64,000 bases of DNA from Podarcis vaucheri. Its lineage: Eukaryota. The translations under genes and the position numbers were made by a program. How positions within the stretch are numbered: position 1 is the stretch's first letter; each line of letters begins with the position of its first letter. Under the pieces are notes generated by a model. That model was not told the DNA's origin. It searched no databases and was given only the letters and a program-made list of their open reading frames with translations. Of the stretch, positions 1 to 11,701 are shown one piece after another. The DNA lies in the NCBI GenBank assembly GCA_965113315.1, contig OZ220364.1, one strand, 5' to 3'.

Positions 1-122
1 CTTGGGCCTCCAGCTGTTTTTGAACTACAATTCCCATCATCCCTGACCACTGGTCTTGCTAGCTAGGGATGATGGGAGTTGTAGTCCAAAAACAGCTGGA
101 GGCCCAAGGTTGGGAAACACTG
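1..122. mobile_element. Palindromic hAT MITE, left end cut by the window edge
   Basis: ACTACAATTCCCATCATCCC / GGGATGATGGGAGTTGTAGT core. Right end AGGTTGGGAAACACTG. Confidence 0.8.
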
Positions 123-574
123 CTTTAGACAACCACATCGCGTGTGTTCTTTTAGTGCATGTGGGTGGGGAATCATTTGAACCCTCTTTTGTGACGCTAA
201 TTACAATATGCAGATTATACCTATGCAATAGACCACTGAGAAGATACTCTTCTGTAAACAATGGGATGCAGATATCATTTGCGTATCTCTTCCTTGCTCC
301 TTCCAGAGACGTGTCCCAAGCTGCCCCTGCTCTCACTCCTTGCTGTGACTTTTCAGATTTGTTTTGTAACTTTAGGTGAGCTTGCTACCTGAAGGGGTTT
401 TGCTTTGAATAGCCCGTTGGGTTCACACGGCAAGTCTCCATTTTCCTCAGGGATTCCTCCCGCTTTGCATATCCAGAGTATCATGCAGCTTTTAAGAAAG
501 GAGTGAGCCTCTCATCCACGTTTTTGTTTTGTTCATAAATATCCCTCCAAGGGCATACCGGCCATCTAATATAT

Positions 575-710
575 CAGGCATAGGCAAACTCAGCCCTCCA
601 GATGTTTTGGGACTACAGCTCCCATGATCCCTAGCTAATAGAACCAGTGGTCAGAGATGATGGGAATTGTAGTCCCAAAACATCTGGAGGACTGAGTTTG
701 CCTATGCCTG
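575..710. mobile_element. Palindromic hAT MITE (136 bp)
   Basis: TIR CAGGCATAGGCAAACTCAG. Perfect 8-bp TSD TAATATAT at 567-574 and 711-718. Confidence 0.88.
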
Positions 711-1229
711 TAATATATCATGGAGTTACTGTAGATTTGATAGAAGATTATGGAAATAATAAGAGTAGTACTGAAATGGTATGTTAAATGTTTCTATTGC
801 ATGTTTGGAGTTTTGTATTTTTTATGTTTATTATAATAAACTCTCTAATTATACATTTTTTTAAAAAAAGATTTGAGTGAGAGCAGAAATTAAGTCATTT
901 TCTTTCTCTCCCTCTCCATGTCTGCACATTTGCACATATGCACATGTGCATTTGAACACACACACCATGACGCCTTCTCATCCATTCAGAGTGAATTTAA
1001 TGTTTCATCATTGCCTTTGAACCAAGGCTTGCAGGGATATTCCGTATGTATCGTAGGGGGCATGGATCAAATTCATAACTAACTTTCATCAGCCAATGTA
1101 AGGAGAAATTGGAGTCTTTTAAACATATGGTGCTATCATTTTCTAATGAAGTCTATAGCCAAGTAAGGTCTACTCTGTCATTGTTATCCTACTTTATCCC
1201 AGAGTTAGTTTGCCACATTATCTTTGCAT

Positions 1230-1500
1230 CTTTTATATCATCTATCTAGCTCACAATTTCCAAAACCACATTCACATTAAAATAAAATAAAAAATCCCAT
1301 TTGTATATTTCTTTAAAATAAAACAATCATTTATGACTTCCCTTCTTGCCCTTCCCTGGTTCCTTTAATTTTTGCCAAGCCTCCTTATTTGTGACCTCAC
1401 AAATGACTCGCCCGCCATTACTGGGCTAACAAAATCCTAGCTGCTTTAGTAGCATACATAAATCGATTGCATCTATTTCTTGTTGCATAGTGACCTATTA
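1230..1500 (-). mobile_element. L1/Tx1-like LINE 3' relic
   Basis: Minus-strand peptide FMYATKAARILLAQ resembles the C-terminal region of reptile L1 ORF2, followed by an AT-rich UTR-like tract. Confidence 0.35.
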
Positions 1501-1526
1501 TTATTGTTATGCTTATTATTCCACTA

Positions 1527-1880
1527 GGGACGCGGGTGGCGCTGTGGGTAAAACCACAGTGCCTAGGACTTGCCGATCGCATGATCGGCGGTTCGAATCC
1601 CCGCGGCGGGGTGCGCTCCCGTTGCTCGGTCCCAGCGCCTGCCAACCTAGCAGTTCGAAAGCACCCCCGGGTGCAAGTAGATAACTAGGGACCGCTTACT
1701 AGCGGGAAGGTAAACGGTGTTTCCGTGTGCGGCTCTGGCTCGCCAGAGCAGCTTCGTCACGCTGGCCACGTGACCCGGAAATGTCTGCGGACAGCGCTGG
1801 CCTATAGAGTGAGATGAGCGCACAACCCTAGAGTCTGTCAAGACTGGCCCGTACGGGCAGGGGTACCTTTACCTTTACCT
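1527..1880 (+). mobile_element. Full-length Sauria SINE (Squam1)
   Basis: tRNA-like head with GGTTCGAATCC B box and (ACCTTT)n tail. 15-bp TSD CTTATTATTCCACTA at 1512-1526 and 1879-1893. Confidence 0.9.
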
Positions 1881-2568
1881 TATTATTCCACTAACTATTC
1901 TAAAAAGTAGCTCCCATTTGAGATCCTCAAGAGACAGAGTTCAAGAGGGACAATATGGAGAAGCAACTAGTTTATGTTCACGTGGAAAGTGAAGGCAGTG
2001 AAGGACATAAAAATCTACCCTCTGATCTTTATTGCACTCACCTGTTCACTCCAACACTTTGTTGAGTCGAGGATGCAGGGCACCCTCCTCCTTATTTGAA
2101 TTGCATCCTCTAAAGAGCCATATGGGTAGCTTATGTCTCTTTCCCCACTCACCAAGAGGGCAAATATCTTTTTTAAAAGAATAATCAAAAATCCAAGCAG
2201 GGGATCTGTAACCATCTCCAGCTGTCATCTCGGGAAGAAAGAGAAGAATTTACAGTCAACAATAATCCACTGGGAACCTTTTCTGTACTGGTTTATTTGA
2301 ATTAAATGAGACACTTCTGCAAGTACTCTTCCTTCCCATGTTTGTCTAATGTGGTTTTTTTAAACAACAACAAAAACCTGAAATTGCCTCTGAGGACTTA
2401 ACCAGACCTCCGTTTGCCCCACTGCTTCCCTGGGGAAACCCGATCTTTAGCGCTGAATTGCAACAAACAGCAATCGTTTTTTCTGCAAATTGCTGTTGGT
2501 TCCGATTTCAGTTTTAAAAAATAATGCAGGAGCTTCATTGTTTGTTCATCTGTAGTTTGGCTCTAAGC

Positions 2569-2704
2569 TAGGCACAGGCAAACTCAGCCCTCCAGATGTT
2601 TTGGGACTACAACTCCCATCCTCCCTAGCTAACAGGACCAGTGGTCAGGGATGATGGGAGTTGTAGTCCCAAAACATATGGAAGGCTGAGTTTGCATATG
2701 CCAG
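2569..2704. mobile_element. Palindromic hAT MITE (136 bp)
   Basis: Same family as 575-710. Degenerate TSD CTCTAAGC/CCCTAAGG. Confidence 0.82.
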
Positions 2705-2938
2705 CCCTAAGGACTGAAGGGAAGAGGTCAGGTCCTCCCCACTACCCAAGCTTAATGGGGACAGAGCTCAAGGAGATGCCTTAACAGCGCAGCACATGTA
2801 GAAAGACCTGTCACAGGTGGAAACAGTCAGGAGGAAGGACATGGATTGAGAACATGGGCTGTAGGTCAGTAGAAAATCCAGGGGCTGCAGTTGAAGGGAT
2901 TTCAGAAGCAAAAGCTGCCAGGGTGTTTGGGAGCCACC

Positions 2939-3035
2939 AGGGATTCCTGTGTTCTAAATCCCACCCTTTCAGGCTCAGAAGAACCATTGTGTCGAGTGAG
3001 CCTGAAAGGGTGGGATTTAGAACACAGGAATCCCT
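2939..3035. repeat. Perfect 39-bp inverted repeat with 19-nt loop
   Basis: AGGGATTCCTGTGTTCTAAATCCCACCCTTTCAGGCTCA (2939-2977) is the exact reverse complement of 2997-3035. Confidence 0.95.
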
Positions 3036-5314
3036 TCTTCTTCATCAAGAAGAAGGCTGGGGTCAGTGTGGGGGTGGTAGTCCATCAGGGCAAATGAAGA
3101 ACTGCACCCATCTTTTCTAAGCCAGCCCCCACCTACCTGACTTCTTAGAACCAGTCCAGGAGGTGCCAATACCTGCCAGCTTCCTCCTCCTCAGTTTCAG
3201 GTGTGTTTGCTGCCTCAGAGCACAGCGAGGTTGTTGGGTTCTTTTTCGCAGTCCCCCCCCCATCAGCTGTTGACATGGCACAGTCCCAGCCCAGCCTCTG
3301 AATGAATAGCTCTAGCTCTGAGGGTAGGAGGCATGATCAAGTGGTTGGAGCAAAGTGGCTAATTATAAACTATATTCCATTTAGCGAATGGGATTCTGTG
3401 CTCAGTCCTGCCTATCAGAACAGCCACTAGAGTGGCTAAATGGCCTTAGTTATCCTTGCCTGCTTATTTGTGGTGTTAAAATTGCTTCTAGGATGCACCC
3501 TTCTGAAATCTAGCCCTGCGAAGCACAATATGCTGTTTCAGGCATTTCTGGCTGCGCTCATTACTCCTCGCCACCCACCACCAGCATGCTTGCCTTTCGC
3601 GTTGTTGATTTAGTACTGACTCTTCCCCCTGAAAGAGCAGCTGCATGGCTTCAGAGCAGGGCTTTGTTCCTGCTAGAGATAAATTAGAGGCATCTCTTAG
3701 GGAGACTGAATTACCCCAGTGAAACACAGCTTGGAAATAAGGGGATGAAACACCTTTGTCAGGTTCCCTCCTCTCTCCATAGCTGGATGAGGAATGCCGT
3801 CCAGCCCCACACGTGATTCCAGATCCTAGCTGGGAAGTCCATCTGGAACAAGTGCTGAGAAAATCCCAGGCTCCTGGTTGCCTAGGCACCAAAAAATGTT
3901 CTGTTGGTGCCTAGACAATTTGCAAAGGAAATTCAGTTCTCTGCAGCATTGCTCCCTCAAATCTCTTGTTCTGGTTCTCGGGAAATCCAAACATTTCCCC
4001 CGCAAACTGCCCTAGAACTACTACGGTAAATCGCACAGCAGTTCAATCCCACCCCCACGCCTGGGCTCGGTGGTATTGCAAATGCCAGCAGACAGATGGA
4101 TTACACTCTTGCCAGTTTTGGGCCTCGTGGAAACACAGGAGTCAACCGGCGGATATGGGCCTCTCTCTTAGCTGGTAGAAGCAGGGCTGCATCCTTACAG
4201 AAAGCCAGGAATCCCACTGCTGGGGTTGAGGAGGCAGGCAAGGGATGCTTATTGCCATGGCGATGGTGTCATGACAAGTTATTTTGCTCCATTTCACGGC
4301 ATGTGTGGGATTAGAACAGAGAGCGAGCGTTTGTGACTATGCATGTGTGTGCAGCATCTATTGTTTAATGTGCCTACACATAGTTGTATGCTCTCACTCA
4401 CACACAATATCCTGTCCTATCCTTTCATCTTCCAGCATTTACATGTTCCCATACACTCTCCTATGTACATGCTTTGTCTCATACGCGTATGTGCTTCTTA
4501 ACATACCATTGTAGCAACCAGTTAAATGCTCCCCCTGGGACTGTATTAGCTAGCTTAAATTGGCAAATTAGCTCTTTTGCATTACAAAGCATCTTGGGCT
4601 CCGTGATCTTGATGCCTTTAATATTTCTTTTGTTTATTGACTTCCCCTTTTTGCTGTGAAATTAATTTTTATTGCTCTGATTGTCTCATTTCCCCTTTAA
4701 TCTTCTGAACGCCAGCTGTCTTCATTATTTTAAAGGAGCTGCCGTACTGGCCTTCAGGATACAACAAGCATTCTCCCTCTTGCTTGTTTCCCCCCTTCTG
4801 AAATGTGTGCCGTCTCCAACATCCCTTTATGTTTCAGGAGGCAAAACAGAGGGGGTGCTCAGAACCACCAGAAGTCAGGCCTTCTTCAAAGCAACTGGCT
4901 GCTAGCAGACAGTGGTCTGCCAACCAGGCACTGAGGTCTTATGCACACTTTCTGTTGTTCCATAGGGAAAACCACTCTTTAGTGCTCATTCGGAGCAAAC
5001 AGCTGTTTGGATTTTCTGCAGGTTGCTATTTGTTCTGATTTAGAGCTAAAGAGAGGGTTTTTCCTGAGAAAGGAGCGAGGCAAGAGGGAAACTGCTTGGA
5101 TTCATGCTTTCTAGGTAAGGGACAAGCGGAAATGTCCCTCCGTGAATATCCACACTGTCTGAAACTGGTGATAGCTTCTCCCTGAGCATAATGGAAATGA
5201 CTGTGCTTTTCACCAAACACTGTGTGTGTGCAGCAGGGTGCCATGGGTCCAAACTGAGAAGGACAGGCACCACGCTGCTTTCATACAGAGCAGTGAACTA
5301 TGAACAACAGCGAG

Positions 5315-5500
5315 CAGGGTAGTGGCTGGAGTTTCAGACTAGGACCTGGAGGACCAGGGTTCAAATCCCTAGTCGCTCTGGGTGACTTTGGGCCAATAAC
5401 TGTCTCTCAGCCTCACCTACTTCACAGGGATTGCTTGAGAGGGAGAACCATGTACACCACCTTGAGTTCCTTGCAGAAAATAAAGAAATCCATTAACAAA
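5315..5500 (+). mobile_element. Degenerate MIR/CORE-derived SINE (Squam3-like)
   Basis: GGGTTCAAATCCC B box and CTGGGTGACTTTGGGCC...TCTCAGCCTCACCTACTTCACAGGG core, similar to the 53809 copy. Confidence 0.6.
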
Positions 5501-6211
5501 TTAGAAATCTGAGGTATGTGAGGGAGGTGGATGGAGATCAGCAGGGCTGTGGGAAGTACAGGTAGGGTAGCCAGGGGCCTATTTGATGTTAACCCAGCAG
5601 CATCCATCGCTGCCCCAACCTGGACAAACTCTACATGTTAAAAGCAGAGGGGAAATGTGCTGTGCACCTCTGTCTCTTGCATGGCACGGTTGCCTCCGAC
5701 TTCTACTTCTCCTCATCTTCTCCAGGATGTAGGCCATGTAGGACTAGGCCAGGTAGTCCACATGGGTTGAAGAGCATCTCTGGTTCCTTCTCTTTCCTGT
5801 ATCATACCTGATCTCTGAGCAGAAGGGAGAGTGAAATGGGCTTGGGAGTGTTTTCTGCGTTCTGTTCCAGGAGTTGGGAAGGAGAGTAACTGACAGACCT
5901 TTTGTCTGAGAAAGTGTTTTTTAAGTGTATCGGTTGGAGCAGGGGGCGAAGGTGCTTTGGTGCTGTCACAGAAAAAGGGTTCCTTAAGCCCAGAACCTCT
6001 GGGCTAACTTTGAGTCTGTAACAAAGGAGGGGGGAAAAGGTGAAATTGTAGTCAAGTGCCATCCTGCAGGGTTCTGCCCCTGGATGTCCTTTTTCCGTCT
6101 TCAACTAAATGCTTCCCTTTTAAAAAGAAAAAAGTGCATCTCCATCCTTGGCTTTCCCTGGCCTTCCTTTCTAATCTTTCCCCCCACTGTGTCCCATTTG
6201 TCTCCCTACAG

Positions 6212-6345
6212 ACGGCACTCCCTTGAGTGAGCTCTCCTGGTCTTCCTCTCTGGTGGTTGTGGCTGTTTCCTTCTCTGGGCTGTTCACATTCATCTTCCTC
6301 ATGTTGGCCTGTCTGTGCTGCAAGAAGGGGGGCATTGGCTTCAAG
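6212..6345 (+). CDS. AATK: AATK exon 2 (TM helix and palmitoylation Cys cluster)
   Basis: ctacag|ACGGC...TTCAAG|gtaag, 134 nt. Translates (D)GTPLSELSWSSSLVVVAVSFSGLFTFIFLMLACLCCKKGGIGFK. ATG at 6301 begins MLACLCCKK. Confidence 0.95.
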
Positions 6346-6798
6346 GTAAGCACTGTGGGAAGCCCACGTCCTCCCTAGGGCTAGCTGGGTAGCAGCACTG
6401 GACTTTGCGGTAGAGAGGGAGGTCGTTCTCCGTCTCCTCGGGGTCTGTGATTGCAAGGAGCGGCAGCGGGTGCTTAGCATTGGGCGAGAACAAACCTCGC
6501 TCTGGGTAGCCCATCTTAGAACACCCGTGGCAAGGAGGCAAGATTCGTGTGGGAGAGAAGCAGATTTTGGGGGTGCACCCTTGTTCACAAACTCTTGCTG
6601 CTCAGAGAAATCAGGGGCAGAGAGAGAGAGGTGTGTTTGTGTGTGAAAGAGAGAGGGCAACAGCCAAGCAGCAGGCAAAGGATCTTAGCTGTGACAGGAA
6701 CCAGCAAGGAATTCATCATGGGCTGAAGATGAAATGGGGTGGGCAAGGTTAGTGAGCAGCAACATCCTCCAACAAAGCCTGGTGTCAGGGGCTTGCTG

Positions 6799-6937
6799 AG
6801 AATCATAGAGTTGGAAGGGACCACAAGGGTCATCTAGTCCAACCCCCTGCAATGCAGGAATCTTTTGCCCAATGTGGGGCTCGAACCCGTGACCCTGAGG
6901 TTGAGAACCTCACGCTCTACCAACTGAGCTAGCGAGC
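6799..6937 (-). mobile_element. tRNA-Lys-headed SINE with CR1-like tail (Squam2/POM-SINE-like)
   Basis: Minus strand: GCTAGCTCAGTTGGTAGAGC...GGTTCGAGCCCCAC, then ATTCCTGCATTGCAGGGGGTTGGACTAGATGACC...CCCTTCCAACTCTATGATTCT. Confidence 0.75.
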
Positions 6938-7841
6938 CTTAGAACACAGCAAGGGATGCTTGTCTGGCATTCTGTTGGAAGTGGTGGTGTTGGGGTTGAA
7001 GGAGACCCTGTTGAGTCCTAACCAACCCAGAAGAAGAGGCGGATGGGCAGGTGGAAACATAGGAAGTTGCCTTACTCTGTTCAGACTGTTGTCTGCCTAG
7101 GCCTGAGTGGCAGCAGCTCACCAGGGTCTCAGGAGGGCCATTGACACCCCCTGCTTCCTGAGGCTTTTAAAAGGAGAGGCCAGAGAGTGATCCAGGGACT
7201 TGCCACATGAAATGCAAGTGCTCTTCCAGTGAAATAACAGCTTCTGCTGTTGGGCCCAGAGGCAGTGGGATTCAGTGTGATGGCTCCTGTTTCCCTGAGG
7301 CACTGTGTCAAAATTTAGACCAGGTTTGTACACCAATGCCCTTTTCCGTACGTGCGACAAAGGAACACTCCTGCAAGTGGGGCGATTTAGTAAATCAGAG
7401 CTGTCTTTAAAGCCTCCAGGAAGGGCAGAAGCAGTGGGGATTTTTGGTGGGGCTGAGCTCAGTAGGGAGGAGGGCATTCTCTCGGGAAGCCTCCTTTGCA
7501 CAGTCTGGTGCCGTGCTGTGAGGAGCAGGTAAGAAGAACCCATGAAATATGAAAAGGCACACAAAGAGAGTAGCAAAAGTTCATAGGTGCCCTTGAAACA
7601 ACATCAAAGCGTGTTTCAGGTCCAATGGCTCTTTAGCAGCAGCAACCAAACAAGTTTTAATGAGGAGATAAGTGTTTGTGCAAACTATCTGCCTTAACAC
7701 GCTCTTCCGTGCACACCTTTTGCAGGTAAGGGCGCAAACTCTCAAGGCGCTTTCCTCTCCCTGACAGCATAAGCTCTGTCGACTTCTAACGGGGAGCTCA
7801 ATGGTGCAGTAGGCATTTCAGGGTACTGAGATGGCCTAAGA

Positions 7842-8203
7842 CAGGGGTCCCCAAACTAAGGTCCACGGGCTGGATAAGGCCCGAGGGACTCGTTTATCCA
7901 GCCCGCAGCGAGCCCCACCACTCGCTCTTACCGGCGCTGTGCTGTGCAGCTGCCCACTTCTGGGTCGGAGGAGCACCGGAAATAGCTTGTGCGCATGGGC
8001 AAGCGTTATTTCCGATGCACATCTGGGTTGGAGGAGGCCTGTGCACATGCACACAAGCTATTTCCGGTGCTCCTCCAACCTGGAAGGGTGCCAGAAACAG
8101 CATGTGCACATGTGTATGGGCACACACTCCCCCGCCCTCTGGCCTGCCACGTGATCGGCGCTAGAGACACCGGCCCAAGGTGCGGTACGTTTGCTGACCC
8201 CTG
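7842..8203. mobile_element. Non-autonomous hAT (Charlie-type) element, 362 bp
   Basis: TIRs CAGGGGTCCCCAAAC and GTTTGCTGACCCCTG. 8-bp TSD GCCTAAGA/TCCTAAGA. Internal inverted repeat GGAGCACCGGAAATAGCTTGTG / CACAAGCTATTTCCGGTGCTCC. Confidence 0.8.
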
Positions 8204-10107
8204 TCCTAAGAGGAAGGATCTCTCTTTTTTTTTTGCCTCTTGTCTTGAAGGAAATACATGAGTATTTGTTTGTGAGCCACGCATGACATCCCCTTCTTGC
8301 CAGAGTAGTGTCAGGGTGTCCCTTCTTAAATTCCCAGGCTGGTTGGCATCCTCGTCCAGTCTTGGCGGTGGCCTGCCCTGGAATGCCCCACGAGGGAGTG
8401 GGCAGCGCCAGCCTGACCTCACAGGCACAGAATGTGCTGGAGAAATGTGTTGCTGAGATTCTTGCGGGGGCTCTTGGCAGCCAGGCCGCGGTGCAGCCGT
8501 GGGGTGCTGGAATGGAAGCTATGGACAGTCCCGTGGGCTGGCGGCTGTGCAGCACCGGCCAGGTTTTGCCGTGGGAACAATGAGGCGCTTCAGAGGCCCC
8601 TACGCTGCCTATATAGGGGGCGCAGGGAGGGTTTGCAAAGCAGCCTCCATGCTTTCCCCGTGGAAATGCTGCGGCAGCGCAAGGGCGTCATGGCACAAGG
8701 GTGATGCTCACCCTTTCCTACCTGGTTGCCGGGGCAGCCTTCGGTGGGATAAAGTCCATCCAGGTAACTGGAAGTGCCTACTTGGCTTTTGCATGGAGTG
8801 AATGGGGAGGTGGGAGATGCTGCGGCCACAAATTGCAGGCGGGATGTGTGTGCATGTGTGGATGGGGAGGTGGGCGCATCGAACTTTGCGTGCTATTGCC
8901 GGGGTTGGTGGTGTTGAAGGGCACTTCAGGGAGGGTGCATTTATTAACACTCTTTCTCTGGGCACTCTTGCCTAGAGCTGGAGAAGCGAATCCCGGGAGA
9001 AGAGGCTGAGGATGGTTTTGAGGTGTCTGCCCTGCACGGGGGCCAGCACAGTGCCAAAAACAGCCTGTAATGTAGAACTGGGGAACCCTGGGCAGCCCTC
9101 CCCCTGCCCCCTGACCAAGGTGAGGCTGCTTCTCCCTCAACTGTATTTATGACTGTGTCTCTCTCACTGGGGGCAGGGTGGAAGGAGCAGAGCAGCCGCC
9201 ACTGGCTACACAAGCCGAAACAAAAGCAGGGGTACCAGTGTGGGACAACAAGCGTCCGGCCAAGGGCGGGGTGGGCACAATGGGCTGTGTTGCTCTGCAT
9301 TCAGGTCCCCTGGGGCTTCCTAGCTGTCCCATGCAGAAATAGGACTGGGGGCAGAGGCCTGGAAGCTGTTGCGCCAGCCATTAAAGCCATTAACCTGCCC
9401 CCTAGCCTAGCCTTGTGCCCTCCAGATGCTGTTGGTTCCCAACTCCCATCAGCCCCAGCCAGCATGGCCAAGGGTCAGGGATGCTGGGAGTTGTAGTCCA
9501 GCAAAAAGCCAACAAATGGACACCAGGTGGGGAAAGCCAGCCTTAAACCTTTGTCGCTTTGCCTATGGGACTGAGCTCCATCTCTTGAGTCTGCAGAGAA
9601 TCCTGGGCAGATGATGCTTTGCCAGTTTTTGCTGCTTCTCTCCTGTTCATCAAAGCTTTTCTCGCCAGCTGCACCGCTCATGGAGCGCCTGTGTTTCCAA
9701 AGGGAATTGAAAATTGGCTGCCATTAAATGTCCTAGGAGCTGTTGCCCTGGATCCGTGAAACCAAGCTTGAGCTAGCAACCCCCCCCCCACCATCTCAAT
9801 TTGTGTTTGTGTGTGTGTGTAAAGAAAGAGTGCAAGTAAGTGCACTGCTATCTCTGTCACCCCACCCCCTAAGTTTCAGTGTTTGGATCTGGACGGGAGC
9901 GGCTGCGCCCTTCACACGGCTCTGGCATGGTTCATGCGTGTGCTCAACGGTGTATGTGGCTGCTTGAAGTTGAATTGCACCTGCACAGTCCCAGATGGCA
10001 AGGCTGTTTGCATGAAGCAGCTTCCCCATGCAGCTATCCCCTCTACAAGAACAGGGCATGGCTGAAGCTGTCCCGTCTGAGCGGAGGGAGGTCTGCTTCA
10101 CACAAGT

Positions 10108-10147
10108 GGCTGGCTGGCTGGCTTGCTTGCTTGCTTGCTTGCTTGCT
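10108..10147 (+). repeat. Compound (GGCT)n(TGCT)n microsatellite
   Basis: Read directly from the sequence. Confidence 0.85.
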
Positions 10148-11559
10148 ATTTCATAGAGCTGCATTGTGCAACTCCCATTTCAAGCTGTTATACCATAGGG
10201 ATGAGCCAGGCCTGTTGTGTGCGAAAGGGCTCTATAGGTCTGTGTTACTGGCCAGTGTTTACTCTCCTATTGATTATGGACACTACAGAGACTCCTAACA
10301 GTTACTCCCTCCCCCAGGGAACTCCAGGAATTGTTGTGGGGTGGGAGTGGGGGGTAGCGGAGGAGACGGGAAAAGAATTAGGCAATCTCTAACCGAGAAT
10401 TCAAAGCAAACTCTTCAAAGGGCATTTCCCCCATTATCTTGGGTTGGCAATTAAAATGGTTAAAGCCAATATTGGTTTTAGTGCAAATTGGGCATATGTA
10501 TGAGAAGGCTGTGCTTAGTGCTTTTGTTTTTCCATTGTGTGTAGCTCAAGGATGTTTATACATGTATTCCTCCCCTGGCTGTTTATGGGATGGGGGAATG
10601 TGTGTGCCTATTCCTCCCCACCTGTGTGCTTGCTCCCTTGTAAGCGTACAGAAGAACGCAAGGGAGTTGCCACCCACCACCTGGGTGTATTTTGGAACTA
10701 GGAAGCTGCCTTCTACCAGGTTGGGATAAAGAACAATGGCAGTAAAGATCCTTAGAATCCAAGACATGAACAATGGCAAGACCCAGAATGTGAAAATTGT
10801 ATTTCATTATTCTTATGAGTAAGGTAAACTACATCAGCGAAGGTACAGAAACGCAAAACCAAATGATACAAATCAGAGGAAAGCATGCCAGTAGAGAAAA
10901 ATCCATTTTGCCTGCTCAATCTTTTTCAATTCTGCTTTCTCAATAGTCAGAATTGACTTTTTATCTACCTGTCTGCTGTCTTCTGAATTATATTATTTAG
11001 TTTTGTGTTTCTGTATCTTCCTTGGTGCAGTTTATGTTTTATAGATCACCATTATAATACAGTGGATTTTTTTATATAGCCTGGGCCTTGTAATTGTGTA
11101 TGCTTTGCTTCACATAATGTTGGACTATTGGTCCATCTGGCTTATCTCATGCCAATTGTCTGCATCTTTCCAAAATTCCAGGCAGGCAGCTTTTCCCCTC
11201 CTTACCTAGAAATGCCAGAGATTGAACCTGCCACCTTTGGCATGCAGAGCAGGTGCTCTGCTACAGAGCCTCAACTCGCCCCTTATTTATGGGTTCAGTA
11301 CATGTATCTGTGCCTCCTCATCTGTGTTTGAGATGGCACCGATGATGACAGTGATGAAGATGTTATAGAAGAGTAATGATTGCTTCACATGCATTATTGC
11401 AATAATCCTTACGTGACTGGCATTACGAGTATGATGATGGGGAATGCATGCTTCCACCCTTCCCTTTTCTACATGTGTATAAAAATGTTTCCTTGCCCTG
11501 TGCTGGGCTCCTTTTTCTCTCTCCCTATCTGTCTTGCCCACCCCTATCCCCCACCCCAG

Positions 11560-11701
11560 GAATTTGATAATGCCGAGGGAGAAGAGTATGCTAGTGAATT
11601 CTCAGCCCAGGGCTCACCCGCTACCCAGAATGGCCCAGAAGTTTACATTCTGCCTCTCACCGAAGTCTCCTTGCCCATGTCCAGGCAACCTGGGCGCTCA
11701 G
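11560..11701 (+). CDS. AATK: AATK exon 3
   Basis: ccccag|GAA...TCAG|gtaag, 142 nt. EFDNAEGEEYASEFSAQGSPATQNGPEVYILPLTEVSLPMSRQPGRS. Confidence 0.95.

Noticed and set aside
6860-6937. tRNA-Lys gene (and a tRNA-Ile-like sequence near 32360-32430)
   Set aside because: Anticodon arms are mutated and both are fused to a CR1-like tail, so they are SINE heads.
6052-10400. Numerous 100-200-aa ORFs in AATK intron 2 and overlapping exon 2
   Set aside because: Overlapping ORFs on both strands of GC-rich intron and MITE sequence, with no domain-like composition or coherent exon structure.
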